Positions 1-14,241 of a stretch of 64,000 bases of DNA are shown piece after piece; position 1 is the first letter of the stretch; the number at the start of each line of letters is the position of its first letter. Source of the DNA: Hydrolagus affinis (lineage: Eukaryota). The position numbers and the translations under genes were made by a program. A model generated the notes under the pieces. That model saw only the letters and a program-made list of their open reading frames with translations, ran no database searches and had not been told where the DNA came from. The DNA lies in NCBI GenBank assembly GCA_012026655.1, contig JAAILG010000129.1, forward strand, positions 1 to 64,000. Direction: 5' to 3'.

Positions 1-3000
1 TGAAAGGCGCTTTATAAGTTGTTGTTGTTGTTGTTGAAAGGCTCTCTCTAAATGTCATTTTGTTGTTTGTTATTGTATGTTGGGGTTCTGGAATTCTGTC
101 TCAGGATAAACCTGTTCAGCCATTTAGAGAAGCTTCTGATCCTCTCCCTAGACATGTTTGAATGTTGGATCCCAATCCTCACAGTAACAGAAAGCCATTT
201 GCTGTCGGCCTGGATTAGACTTCTTGCCAGATCATGTGCTGTCGCCTCCGAGGATTCCTACTCCCAGAAGCGTGGGCGGCTGATTATTCCACATGAAATA
301 ATCTGTCACCAAACATTACTTGTTCATCAAATGGAGGCTGTACACTGAGCCCTCCAACATCAAATTTGACTGAAGGAAAGACAGCATCTGTCGATATGAG
401 ATTTTGGCTGGGAATCTCGGCTGCATTGCAAGCAAGAGGACCCAAGTTAGATTCCCAGGCAGGTTAGGGCAAAATCCTAGGCAACTTTCCTTACTCCATT
501 CGGCTCTCTTTATCCAGCAGTAGCAGCTTCTTCGTCAATTGGTGGATTGCATTGCGAGAGGTAATAATCCCTCGAACAAAAATCACGACAGTGTGCAATT
601 GCCCTTACTGCTGTGCGCAATTGCCTACTGTGTTTCGTGCACAAAGTGTTTTGTTACTGAGTTTTTATGAAATCAATAGGAAGAAGTATTCATTCCCTTC
701 ACAATGGAGATTTCAGTGAGGAGTTCCCCTCCCCAATGTTGCAGAGGAAACTGTAGAATGGTAACACTCGTATGTTCTGTGCTTTAATAATTGTGTTTAA
801 GGTATTGGAATTGTGCAGCTTCTCCCACCTTGTCAGTCAGGCTTGTTGCAGAGGGCCGTGGGCGAGAAGCGTCTATGACAGCAGGGAGCTGTCAACCGCC
901 CCCTCACTGTGGGCCCTAACCGCACGCCCAATGAGCAGCCAGGCACCAGGCCCTGCATACATTACATTCCAAACCTTTTAGGATTGATGCTTATCTGCTG
1001 GTCTGGTAGCCTTTACGTGTGCGAGGCTGAGACATAAACGCTACACTTAAGAACATTAAAGAAAGGACTTGCATATTACACAGCTTTATCACATCTCAAA
1101 ACACATTTTGCCCACAGAACACACAGTCACTCCACTTTACAGTATATTCAGTGATGCGCTTTGAGATGTCTCAATGACGTGACAAGGTTCTGTATCAAAT
1201 GCAAGGATTATTATTAGTTTTTCACAGCTAATTCCTGTTAAGTGAGGTAACTGTTTTTGTGGGTAAAAGAGACAAAGGGTTATGCCAGCAAGGTCCCACA
1301 AACAGCCCTGAGGCAGATAGTTGTCCACGACCCTTCTCTTTGTCAATAGCATTACAGGATTTTAGCATCCAATTGAAAGAACAGTTGATATCGTGGTTTG
1401 AAGTCTTGCCCAACAAATATTACTTTTGACATTTGGGCACTCACCCAGTAATGCGTGAAACCTTTAGGCCCATTTGATAATCCCAATCTGTACTACTTTC
1501 CTCATGACCACAGTCATTCTCTTTGTCTCCTGTTTCCCTTTACCGTTCCCTCTCTGTAGGAAACAACTGGTTGTTCCCTGACCCATTCACACTATTTGCT
1601 TCCAAAGCCCTTCCTTATTCCAAATGTACTTCAAGTCAAAGACACAGTGGGAATCAATGTTTTGGGTAGATTGAAATAAGTCCAGGGAATCAAAGCAGGG
1701 CTGCTTAGAGAAATCAATTTATAAAACAGTGGAGTCAGTTTCTCATCCTTGCTCAAGGAGATTGAATTTATACATTTGGTGCCTGAGGATAGGTTTTTTC
1801 TGCAGAAAGCAAATCACCTGCTGCACCACAAACTTTTCAATCCGGCTCAACTAAGTTATAGCCGTGGGATGTAAGGCAAGGGATGTGGATACATACATTT
1901 AAGGTGGCCCACTTTACTTTCGTAAGATCAACTGGCAATGGCAGGATAGTTTTATAATAATATCTAATATTAATAATAATCCTTGCTTTTGATATAGCAC
2001 CGTATCACGTCATTGAGATGTCTCAAAGAGCTTCTAAGAATATATATTGTAAAGTGAATTGACTATACTTTGTTGGCGAAACTTGTGCAGCCAATTTTGC
2101 ACAGCAGTGTCCCACAAACAGTCGTGGATCGAGTGATCAATTTGTTTTTTTTAGGGATAATGCCAATCGACCACCAAGCAAGTTCCCCAGTTTGCTGGTG
2201 AAGCTGCAGCATATAGATTCAATTTAATGTCCACAAAAATATTGACCATCTTTCAGGGTCAATCAAATTTAAATTTTAATTACTCCGTGAAGCCATTAAC
2301 TATGTTGCCTTCTAACAGGTTTAGGGATCTGAACCCTGTCCAGTGAGTACAGATACCTTTCTTCCAATGCTTTATTGTAAATCACTGGGTGGAAGAAATT
2401 ACCCAATGATTCATTTATGTATTGGGAACAATAGATGTTGTTCATTAGATTATTAACAGCCAATACCTTTCTTTGGTTGTTAATTACTGAGTCTGGGCAC
2501 ACATGGTTTACACACTTCACATTGTCTAACCCATTGTGTGTTACAGTAGACAGCTCTCAGCAAGGCTTCCTATCACCCACTAGTCACATGGGTGAGCCTC
2601 CTTCAGTCAGCACAATAAATATTCTATCAGAAAAGTTGGGTCTGAAGAGGCTTTGAGTGGCTAAATAGGTGTGAAAGAGATTGGGTGGAACAGCTCTCTG
2701 CTTAGAAAGCTAAAGGTTCTTTGTGTAATACATTTGTGTGTGAAGAGGTGATTGGACATGGCTAAAGTGAGCACTGTTAATGTCCTTGTCAATCCCATGG
2801 TTTCACATTGTGTGTGCTCTTCCTTCCTGTATCAAGACTTCCCTGGTGGCCATTAGTGAAGGTGCTGTTATCTACAAACTGTCCCATCCCAATTTATGTT
2901 AAAAATAAAAATCCCAGAGTTTGAGTAACTGCACTACCAACAAGGGATTAGAATTATCTCCTTAGCGAGGAAGGATGGAAACAACAACTTGCATTTATCT

Positions 3001-3071
3001 AATGCCCATCACGGGGGGTAGTGTCTGGGAAACTTAAAACAGTTCTGAACCCAATTAATTTATGTTCTCCT

Positions 3072-3310
3072 TGGGGCAGAGAAGGTTGAAGGGGGATTTC
3101 ATTGAGATGTTAAAAATTATGAGGGTATTTGATCGAGTAGATATTGAGTAACTGTTTCCTATGGCGAGTGTGTGGGTTGGTAACCAGAGGAAACGGTAAG
3201 ACTGATTTAAGATAATTAGTAAAAGAACCAGAGGGGAGATGAGGAGACTTTTTTTTTACCCAAAAAGCGGTTACGGTCTATAATGCGTGGCCTGAAAGGG
3301 TGGTGGAAAC
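3072..3310 (+). mobile_element. CR1 LINE ORF2 C-terminal fragment (degenerate)
   Basis: encodes RRLKGDFIEMLKIMRVFDRVD-like CR1 motif with disablements. Confidence 0.8.
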
Positions 3311-3558
3311 TGAGCTGTAAGATTTTATGATGAGTAGTTTTAAGTCTATCTAAAGTTCATCTTGGAGAAATCCTTCAAGATCTGTAAGTATGTGTATTAT
3401 TTCTGTTGGTTGCCAGAATGTTCACATCTGTAAATAGCTTTAGATGAAACACTAAGACATGATTCTGACAGACTCTGTGCTCCTCAGATATGATAGCAAG
3501 TCTTGTAGTGGAAAGAATGACAAGAAACAAGATGGTCATTGATGTCTTTGTGTTGCAG

Positions 3559-3618
3559 ACCACCAGAAACTGGAGAGAGAGGCTCGAATCTGTCGTCTCC
3601 TGAAACACGCCAACATTG
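3559..3618 (+). CDS. camk2a: camk2a exon 3 (DHQKLEREARICRLLKHANI)
   Basis: ttgcag|AC...ATTG|gtaag; 60 nt; kinase alphaC region. Confidence 0.96.
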
Positions 3619-6600
3619 GTAAGAACAAACCACTCACAGGTTTCAACAGAAACCTCGGGTCTCCACCGCAACTCCTGAAATGTATTCATTTAAAGTGTAT
3701 TTACAGGAACACGCAGAACTAGGTGTGCAATAGAGTACACTTTCATCTCAGAGACCTTTACAGCCTAGATTTAGATCAGATTATAATATAGAATGCCCTG
3801 CTGGATGGTGAGTATGAGCCAGACTCCCTCTCTCTCTCGGATGTGGCTCTCCTTTTTGGATCTGTGATCAATATCCTTAAATGTCTGTGTGCAGGAGGTG
3901 GGAGCAATATGACATATTACAAGATACACGTTTAAGCATTCTGGGAGACTAGCCTGCCTGAGTGATGGGGGGGGGGGCAACTGCGACATAAATGCAAGTT
4001 GCCGGTGTTGTCTCTTCACTGAAACGTGAATCATCTAAACAGTTACATTGAGGTCCTGAGATAGAATGAGTGGGTGGAGAGGCCTGTTTAAGTACATTGC
4101 TAAAACATCCCCCTAAACATTGTATGATTGGGGTAATGGAGCAGAGGGAGAGATGTGAATCCAAGGCCGATGTGATAACCTGCGACACCCCCCCATTCAG
4201 ATCAGTTATTTTGGGAAACGCCACCAACAATGTAAAAAACATTTTGTGTGAAAAATCTGTGGACAAGGATATCGCTATGGTTACGGTGACATCTTTATCT
4301 GCCAATCCCCTCAGGATTGAGACTGAACGGCAGAGATTCACTTGTTCTGCTCTTGAATGTGAAGCTGGGAACGGAATCCAGCAGATCAGAAACGCAATAA
4401 AAGGTTTATTATTGATGGCTTCCCGCAAGGAGGAAAGTAACTGCTTTGAGGAAATGGTTCCCAAAGTCTGCTCTCCTGTGGTTCTGTAGGTAACTTCACA
4501 GTCAGGGGTGAAATTGGGATGTAAAGTGCAATAAGATTCCTGATTTATCTCAGCTCCACAGAGCAGTGTTAGCCTTAGTGTCCCCGAGCCATGTACTGTG
4601 TGTGTTTTATCAGCCAGGATCACTTGAGAAGAGGGAGAGTGTTTAAAGTAAAATAATAATATTAATTTGGTATTGCAATCCACAATTGTTTGTGGGACAG
4701 TGCCAAGTGCAGTTAGTTGGCTGTGCCCCACAAAATATTCAATCAATACACTTTGCAGAATATCCTCTGAAGTGCTTTGAGACGTGATACATTGCTATAT
4801 CAAATCCATTGATTATTATTATTTCGCTCTTTGCTGTCTTCGAAGCGAGGGACAGTGAGAGTTGAAATATTCAACATTTATATAACCATTTCCCCCGTGT
4901 CTTTAGCTGACTAATGTACGTGTGAAAATTCACAAAATATTTTGCCTCCATCAATCACATAATGGTAGCAAGTTAATAGACTCTGCTTAACTGGGTCCTA
5001 ATTTATTCCACTCCAACCATCATTATAATAATGTATTGCACAGGTTAGTGGAGAAACTTAGCATTTAACATTATTGTACTTTTTTGAAATTAGTGAAGCC
5101 TTCCTCCAATAGTAATAATTATAATAATAATCCTTGCATTTGATACAGCACCTTATGACGTCATTGAGACGTCTCACAAAGCTGCAACTTTTATTAGTTA
5201 CACAGAAGTAGATATTCTCATCCCCACCTCTTATACAGGAAGATTGCACCATTCCAGGTTGAGGTTGGAATATACAGTCAATTCGCTTTACAGTGTATTT
5301 TGTGAAGCGCTTTGAGACGTCTAGAAGACATGAGGAGGCGCTGTATCAGATGCAACGATTATAATTATTATCAGGGCACCAAGCTAATCTTTCCATTTCT
5401 AACCAGTCATCACTGGAAAATTTACATCCCATCTCCTCACATAGAGATGGTTCCCTAAGCTATTAGTTGGGATCTGCTATATACACAATATACACATATC
5501 GCACACACATTGCACAAAATTATTTATTCTCACCGGCTTTAAACAATAGCTAATAATTTATTCAAAAAATAATAATTTGCGATGTGTTTATGAGTGACTA
5601 TATGACTCACACCTCAGTTGAATGCTATCTGGCAATTTAATGACGCCCGTCACTGGGTTCGGAATTATTTTACAATGCTGTAGTTTCTAATGATGTGAGC
5701 CAATGCATTGCAAAGGTGTCAGGGTCATTCTGTATTGCTCATTCACACACATTCACCTGGCGCCCACACTCTCTCCTAACACCCAACGTTCCATTATATC
5801 AATTGGGAGGCAGCTTGTGATTTGTTGGGTTAACATTATATTGTTTTAGCTTAAAACCCTGTAGGCTTTCATAAGGGGAGGATTCATTACATATGATAAA
5901 TGATTGGCTTTGGCTTGTAATTTCATAGCAATGTTCTGGTCATGTGCAGGATAATTAATTGCGAGATATTAAACTTAGATCTGTATTGTGCAAAATCAAA
6001 TAACATCTATAGATTCTCAGGATTTTAGCAGTGAGATTCTACTAAATTACGGGTTGAATAAGACAAGGTGGAGATTCAGTTACTAGTGAGGTCTAGGAAA
6101 AATCCTAACAGGGTAATAAACAAAACAGAATGAATAATCTGGCTCACTGATGGATTCTCTTTCTCCTCCACCACCTTATGATTGCGCTATCAAGACTCAA
6201 TTAAGCAGGTTCCTATCTAGCAAAGGACAGGGATTATTTACACTAGGAAAACTCCACGTTGGAGGTGTCTCTTTTAATCAGGATACCAGGCCATTGAGTT
6301 AGCAGAAGGGAGGGAGTCTGATCCTTTCTGACAACCCACACATGGTCAGCTTTCAGCCTGAGAGTCTCTGTACGGTGTAGTGATGAGGAGCAGGAACCCT
6401 GGCTGATTTCCCTTCCTGGTCCCAGCGATGGTGATGAGAATGGTGGCCACAGCTTGTGATCCAGCTGAGATTGACTAACTCAGCACAAACCTGACCTGGT
6501 CCTGCCCTGAGCCGAACCTGTATCCCTCACGTCACTCCATGAGTACAGTACAATGCTGGGTAAACAGCCGACTAAACCCACTTTAATATCAGATTCCGAC

Positions 6601-8289
6601 AGGAATACACAACAGGCCAACATGTTATTTTCCCACTTGCTGCTTATTTATAGTTATGGCAGCTGGTAAACCTGGGCTCTCTCCTCTCCACAGTCTGCTG
6701 ATTAACAAAATCAATGAATTCATTCCCTGTCAAGCAAACAGCAGCAGATTGTTAAACTAAATACATTATATCTAATACCAATAACTAGTAATGGAGCGAG
6801 CGCTGAGGTGCGCAGACAGCAAGAGCACAAGCCCCTAAAAGGAAGTTTTCAATCTCCTAATACAGGAAAATAATAATTTAGAAGCATAAGTCACTTTGAG
6901 GTGTTCCAAGCAAAGAGTTGCCCCCCACACACATACACACACACTCACATCAAAAATAAGGACGAACTGTATGCACTATTAGTATAGAAGTATTTGAGAT
7001 GAACAAAGCAAAACAAGAGAGGGTGCAGGCAAGGTTAGAGTCCATAGAAGGCAAGGCCAAGCTTACACTGATGATCTCTCTATTTGACGTAAAAGCAAAT
7101 AGAGAGGATCTTGGATCTTGCAAGATGGGTGAATCTCAGGGTGACACAAGGTTAAAGTTAGGAGTCTGAGAAATCAATTGGAGTAAAAGGTACGACAGTA
7201 GAGAGCTGTTGTCTTCACTTCAGGTACAGATTAGGTGGATTAAATTCATCGGACCTGACACCAAGTTATCTATTTATTGGAAGTGGTGTATTGCATTTCT
7301 CCATTACCAAAAGGCCAGAAGTCCTCAGTGGGTGGAATGCCTCATCTCACTTTGCGCTTGAAGTGGGCAACAAGCTGAAGTTTTATTAATCTAAATTGGC
7401 TCATCGCGTTTCCATGACAATATCACTTTCAACCGAATGGACAGACACTTGCTATTCACCAGAACAGTTTCGTTTGCACGGTGTGTTTGTTATCTATTGT
7501 ATCAGACAGCCAGACGATGTGGATAGCAATCACATGCAGATGAGAAAATGTAACACATGGCAGAAAGGGGAAGGGGAGCAGAATGCCTCACAATAAACTT
7601 CCAGCCTCACACTTACTTTGAAAGAGACTATTTGGGTGAAAACTACCATGACCATTTCTAATCAAATCATGTTCTGCGCAATTGGCTGCCGCATTTCACT
7701 CACAAGCTGTGAATGCTCTGCTGTGTTGCTTTTAGAAAATAAACTCTCTAATTCTCTTCTGAAAAGCACAAGGCGGCCGGACATTTTAATGACTGAGATT
7801 CACTTCCAATCGCTGTTAAATGAGTGCGTGTCTTTTAAGTATCCAAACATTGTGAAGTTTTGAGAAGTTTGGATGGAGGAGTGGGGTGGGGGGGTAATTA
7901 ATTCCTTATCAGCCCAAACTGTCCTCCTGCAATAATGCTAATTCATGGACACTCCGTTTTTGGCTAGAATAATTAAGCGACTTATAATGTGAGTCAAATA
8001 GCATAAATTACACAAAATAATGAGTGGCCAAGGGATTAGAGACATTTTCATCTGGAGTCTGGCTATGTTATGAATACAGATATCACCCAAACTCAACCAG
8101 AGACCTCACACACCAGCGTCTAACCTGCCACTTGTAATTACTGTGTATGGGGTGGGGTGGTGGGGGGTGAAGCCACGTACAAACTTCAACCAACTGGAAA
8201 CACAAACAAACGGTGACCCATCCTGATGGTCCCATGACGCAAAATCACTGTAATGTCCAGACTCATGCACTGCAACTACCAGTGGCTTC

Positions 8290-8552
8290 TGTGAGTAGGA
8301 ATTTAGTCAGTTTAGTCCGTAAGTAACGGCAAATTGTGCCATGTGATAATCTCTCAAAAAAAACAATAATAAAATTGGTCATTTCAATCCACGACTGTTT
8401 GTGGGGGACACTGCTGTGCGCAGTTGGCTGCCGCATTTTGCCCATAAGCATACAGTCAATTCACTTTACAGTATATTCTGTGAAGTGCTTTGAGAAGTCT
8501 AGAAGACGTGAAAAGCACTATATCAAATGTAAGGATTATTATTATTATTATT
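8290..8552 (+). mobile_element. 5'-truncated copy of the tRNA-SINE
   Basis: TCCACGACTGTTTGTGGGGGACACTGCTGTGCGCAGTTGGCTGCC...GGATTATTATT; further partial copies near 405-640, 1971-2135(-), 4650-4822, 10255-10410, 15495-15665, 33900-34090, 50600-50690. Confidence 0.8.
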
Positions 8553-8786
8553 AAACGCATGCAGGAAACGAACCAAGACTGGCCTCAAACGCATTTCACG
8601 CCAGGCCCTATTTGGTCAACAGGAAGGAGAGACTTTCATAAGATGTTTGGGAGGGTTTATCAGCATCGCTGGCGGGACAGCATAAAGACTCAGAGATTTC
8701 TCATTCACAGAATGAAGTGAAATTAAAGGGTTGTCGTTTTGATTTTTCTCTCTTACGAGTACTTTGCCACTGGCTTCTGCTTACAG

Positions 8787-8841
8787 TGCGCCTCCATGAC
8801 AATATATCAGAAGAAGGACATCACTATCTCGTGTTTGACCT
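8787..8841 (+). CDS. camk2a: camk2a exon 4 (VRLHDNISEEGHHYLVFDL)
   Basis: ttacag|TG...GACCT|gtaag; 55 nt. Confidence 0.96.
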
Positions 8842-9106
8842 GTAAGTATTGCTTCATATTCATATTTATCACAATTAATAATTTACCACACCAAACACAT
8901 TCTGTTCAAAGTTATGCAAATGTCTCCCCACAGCCTGATATATAACTAAAGCAATGCCAACAGTTTAAACAGATGCAAAAATAAAATAATAGATTCAAAA
9001 TTGCATTACAATTATGATTTACATCTATTATTTTTATATTTATTGCTTCTAACTGCACAAGGAGAAAATTGCAAAACTTATAGAACAGAGGTAGCAGTTA
9101 GTCATA

Positions 9107-9407
9107 GAGCTTACTGTGTCTCTAACCATGTTACTGATTTGGGAGCGGGACAGTGCAGAGGGAGCTTTACTGTGTCTCTAACCATGTTACTGATTTGGGA
9201 GCGGGACAGTGCAGAGGGAGCTTTACTGTGTCTCTAACCATGTTGCTGATTTGGGAGCGGGACAGTGCAGAGGGAGCTTTACTGTGTCTCTAACCATGTT
9301 ACTGATTTGGGAGGGGGACAGTGCAGAGGGAGCTTTACTGTGTCTCTAACCATGTTACTGATTTGGGAGCGGGACAGTGCAGAGGGAGCTTTACTGTGTC
9401 TCTAACC
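9107..9407. repeat. 56-bp minisatellite, about 5.3 copies
   Basis: unit GAGCTTTACTGTGTCTCTAACCATGTTACTGATTTGGGAGCGGGACAGTGCAGAGG, near-identical copies. Confidence 0.95.
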
Positions 9408-10954
9408 TGTGCTATCACTGAGCTGGAAAGTTCCAGGATGTTGAGTCTGAAAATGAGAAAGAGTTTTTCAGCTTTTCAGAAATAATAGTGAAAAACGCAA
9501 AATTCGCCAAAGCATTTGGTAAAATGATGCTCGAAAACCTCCAAACATTTTATGCAACAGCTGACACTTACATTGGCTGGTCTGACATTTTCAAAGAGAA
9601 AAGGATTCAATATATCTGCATGAAGTGGTTACATCAGTTATTGCTGACAGATTCTAGCACAGCGAGCCTCAATTAATGGAGCTGATTTGAATGTTTATTG
9701 AAGCGTGTTTGAGGGACTACAGTGTGTCTGAATCAACAGTCCTGTGCTTCACTCCAACCTGACATCTGGTAAATGGACAAATTCATATCTCCCAGGAAAT
9801 CCCATTTGAGAGAGTTCTCTCGGCTCCAATTTCACTAATCCGAGACTTGCCAATAACGTTATCAAGTTTCACAAATTGGCTATTTATTGAGTGTGCTCTT
9901 TGCAGCTGAACAAAATATCTTGATAAAGTGCGGACGGACGAAAGGGGTCAGGTAGCTAGTAGCTACCACACTTACATTCACCTACCTTACAAAAGTCATC
10001 AGATAGGGTTCCTCTCAGGAGGTCAATGCACTGGGTGCTAATTGAGTGAGCCATACTCATCCAGTTTATCTCTTGGTTGTACTCGCTGGTTTCCGGCCGT
10101 CAGTTAAATGAAACACAACAATGGGAGTAGCAATGGATGAGATCAGTTTAAGCTGCTTTTGGTTGCTACCCATTGCTTATATCTTGTGTGTGGATGGATG
10201 TCAGGTGTAATATCCATTGCCACTGACTCCTCTCGCCAACAAATCCCCCAAATAAAAATTGGCCAATCGATCCACGGCTGTTTGTGGGACATCTCTGTGC
10301 GCAAACTGGCCCACAAAATATAGTCAATCCGCTTCACACTATATTCTGCAAAGTGCTTTGAGACGTCTCAGTCAGTTGATAAGGTGCTGTGTCAAAGGCA
10401 AGAATCATAAACTCTTGTTCTGGTTGTTTATCTTAACTCTGCGATTACCAGTAAAGTAAGGCGGGGGATATTCCTGTCTCCTGTGGCTCGTCAGGCCCTT
10501 TCTTCGGACACAATGAAATGACACAAATCTCGTCCAAACATGTTATTTAGCTCCTCAGCTCCTCAGCAAGCCTCTCTCTTATGTTATTATGACTGGAATC
10601 ACAGAGAGCGGTTAGTTCTGTGGTCTGTCTTCCTCCAGCATGAACGCATTACTCAATTCCACGTGGAGGTCCACAGGAAATTGTCTTACTAACTGGATAC
10701 CTATTGAACTGGCCATTAAGTAGAATGTGTGAGAATGAGCTTGTGGATTAAACACAACCTGATGTGCTGCTGGAGTACAGTTAGCAGTTTGCTGAAATGC
10801 AAGAGAAACAGAGTTTTGAAATATTGTGATTCAAAGAATTCTGAACTTAACTTTTCAAAAACTTTTGGTTCTGGTTGTTTTACTTTAACAATTTCATGCA
10901 AAGTGTAGTGAATATCAGAGCTCTCTCCTCCAGAACACTGGATCATTAAAATTT

Positions 10955-11112
10955 TCTAGACTGAGGATGATAGATGTTTGCTAGCGTCAGGAAATCAAGA
11001 GATACAAGGTGAAGGTGGCTAATTGGAGTTGCAGTACAGATCAGCCATGATCTAATAGGATGACAGAACAGGCTCAAGGGGCTAAATGGCCTCCTCCTGT
11101 TCCTATATTCCT
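10955..11112 (+). mobile_element. CR1-type 3' tail
   Basis: GATCAGCCATGATCTAA...GAACAGGCTCAAGGGGCTAAATGGCCTCCTCCTGTTCCTAT; other copies near 17305-17520(-), 28735-28990(-), 43380-43460(+), 53168-53295(-), 53745-54020(-). Confidence 0.75.
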
Positions 11113-13181
11113 AACCCTGAGATTACCAGTAGGTCCAGGAAAATTATTGTCTGTTGGGGACTGGCTGATTTAGGTTACATCTCATGCCTGTCGATCCTGA
11201 AACATGGGCAATAGAAAGCACTCCTTTGTTAAATCGATGTTGAAATGATCTATGCTACTCATTTATTCCCCACATCAGTTTCTCTGCTCGTTACCTGAAG
11301 CAGATTTATTGATTGGTTAAAAACTGTTACTTGGTAAAATTTTTAAAACCCAAAATAATAAATGCAATACAATTTTAAAATATTTTGCATAGAGGGACAA
11401 TGTAACATTGCCACAGTATATTTTCTAATATCTCCAGGAAGACCCTTGAACCGAAAGTCTTCTCTCTAGACCAGTGCAGACGGGACCTTATCACAATTCA
11501 GGATTTTACAGCTAATTTCAGTCACATTTGTGTTGAGATGTAATTGAAATAGGTTCTTAAACAAAAGAAGGAATGGCAAATGTTGTATATTGTGTGTGAC
11601 AAACTCTATTGTGCTGCAGTCACAGTGAAAATCAGGGTTCAAGCTGTACATTTTCTTCTCAAAACCAAGCTCTGAAATAACAGGCTGCCAGCGCCGCTCG
11701 CCTGGTTAAATTATAGGTTTCACAGAAACTGTGCACAGCGCCTGTCCACGGCCGGGGGCAGAGAAGAGGTGAACAGTAAAAAGTGATAGTCAGATTACAC
11801 TGCAGTGCAGATCAATTAACTAATATGTCAACATTTACTCTTAAATCGAGTGAGATAAGCCTTTGCAATACCTCAGTGGGGAACTCTGCTGGTCAGAGTG
11901 AACTGAGATGTGCACACTTACACATACACACGCACGTCTAAACACAGGTCTGACCCCTGGCTTTGACCAGAGTGATGACAGCCAGACAGCTAAGGTTCCC
12001 ATCACTCCATCAGTAACCAGTGTCAGTGGGTGAGGACAGGATTGGAATTGCCTGTGATGTGACTCTCAAACGCATTCCCCGCAGACACTGACACTGGCCG
12101 GTGGACTGTCCCTCAGTGAGAGTTTATTCCTCCAATAAGGAGTGGTGCACATTAAAGGAGAAGAAACAAGGAATAAACCTGTCCTATCTAGGCCTCAGAC
12201 AAAACCTGAGAAAGCCCAACGCCCCACTCACTGTGCACTAAAGGGATTTTGATCAACACTGTACTTCTCCCCAGTGACCCAGCGGTAACTCTCAGGCTCA
12301 TATCTGACATTGTGACTGTAGTAAACAGTGGTGCAGCCGGGAGCGCAGCAGGGAGATGAGCTGGTAGAGAACAGAAACTGAACATTTGGAGTCTTGACAG
12401 CTTGGAGATGTTGATACTAACCCGCCGGCTGATCGGCTGCAGAATTCTTTCTATTTTTATTACAGATTTCTCTCCGTGGCAAGTTTTTAGTTAGTCTCTG
12501 ACATGACGTCGGGTTCAGGATGAAGCTGCTCTATCCGAGGCCTGTCCTGTTTGACTGGAGCCTGCGGTGTGGCTGATGCTGGTGGAGGGATGGGGCCAGG
12601 GTAAACACTGCAGATGTGGGGCAAGAGGTTACCTTAGAGATAGTTTGGATGCAGCAGGGAGGAGGAGTAATTAGCCAACACTTTCCCCAGGAGAAATCTA
12701 GATGGAGACAGTGGCTGAATAGATAGTAAATGGCTGTGGAGTTTGCTTGATGGATTCAATGGCTCTTTTCACCATTCGCTGCTCTCTTACTTCTTAAACT
12801 TTTTTTTCCTAACCCACTGCAGAGCAATCAAAATTGTTTAATTGGCAACGTTTTATGTAAATGTAAGTAAGATAATATTGGCCTCTGGTTCTAATCAACA
12901 GGGTGTAGCCATCAGCCCAGCTTGGCCAGGAAAGGTTCACCTCTTTCTCAGCAGATGAATGAATGCCCGAGGTTCCAACGCAGTTGATAAAAGCAATGAG
13001 AGTTTCAGCGAAAGGAGGGCGTCACTGAAGCCCCTGAGCAAACGCTCGTCAGTGAAGCCATCTGCTTCCGACGCAAACCCCGTCTCTTTCACGTTCCCTT
13101 TTGTTCCTATTTATTTATAGTTCTGGGAGTTGTGTTATATGCACAGAGCAATGAGCTCTCTGTCCTTCATTCCCTACATAG

Positions 13182-13247
13182 AGTGACAGGAGGCGAGCTG
13201 TTCGAGGACATTGTAGCCAGAGAGTACTACAGCGAGGCTGATGCGAG
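13182..13247 (+). CDS. camk2a: camk2a exon 5 ([22 protein letters not shown])
   Basis: catag|A...GCGAG|gtgag; 66 nt. Confidence 0.96.
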
Positions 13248-13589
13248 GTGAGTGTTGGTGTAGCTCTCTCTTGCACGCCTACTTTAAATTGAGCAGATAT
13301 TGAATTTGAAAGATGCAGATTCTTTATACCGTATCTGATTATAATGCCAGCTGCGTATTGGGCACAGTTAAGATGTGAGGAGGAGGCAGTGGGTGTAGGA
13401 TGATGAACAAGAGGCAAATGTGCAGATAGCAGCAGTAATGAATTGAAAAGAACATAAAGGGTGTGACAGGCAGAGAGTGTTGGGAGGTGGGTGGGGTGGA
13501 GGTGTTGTTTGAAGGCCAGTGATTACACGCATTGCGCTGTTCTAAAACTCTACTAATTGCCATTAACCCTTCGAGCCTCAGAGAAGTAT

Positions 13590-13972
13590 TTATATATCTG
13601 AGCATGTGGACGCTGTCAGGGTGTGAAGTTTATCATCTCCATGCCCTAGTGGCAGCTGGGAAGTTAGTACAAGAGCTCTTAGACATGTTTCCTTCCTTAC
13701 TTCACATACCTGTTCATCCAGCAATAAGTAGGAACCCCGGTTTGTTAGTCAATTGATGAACAGCTTTCCGGGGGTAATAATCCCTTCTCCCAAAAATATT
13801 TTTACTCCCAATCCATGACTGTTTTTGGGACACTTCCTGTGCACAATTGGCTGCCACGTTTCGCCCACAAAATACAGTCAAGCCACTTTACAATAAAGTC
13901 TGTGAAGAGCTTTGAGACTTCTCAACAATGTGATAAGACACCATGTCAATTGCACGAATTATTATTATTATT
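13590..13972 (+). mobile_element. same tRNA-SINE family (diverged head)
   Basis: body TTTCCTTCCTTACTT...TCCAGCAATAAGTAGGAACC...CAATTGGCTGCC...ATTATTATT. Confidence 0.75.
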
Positions 13973-14059
13973 AGGGTCACAATGATGCAAGTCAGTTACA
14001 TTTTGGTATAACAAGGGAGGGTAATGTTTTAAACATTTAAATATTTCCTCCTGACGTGA

Positions 14060-14239
<180 letters not shown>

Positions 14240-14241
14240 TA

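Noticed and set aside
1-3558. camk2a exons 1-2
   Set aside because: No GAFSVVRRC or YAAKIIN coding sequence found by eye; presumed upstream of the window
3949-4746. 265-aa minus-strand ORF and overlapping 139-aa plus-strand ORF
   Set aside because: No recognisable domain; the long ORF starts inside a SINE; intronic; treated as chance ORFs
9107-9407. Regular repeat array resembling CRISPR
   Set aside because: No unique spacers, head-to-tail units, eukaryotic intron
11737-11758. Partial REST/NRSE-like sequence in a camk2a intron
   Set aside because: Only one half-site matches
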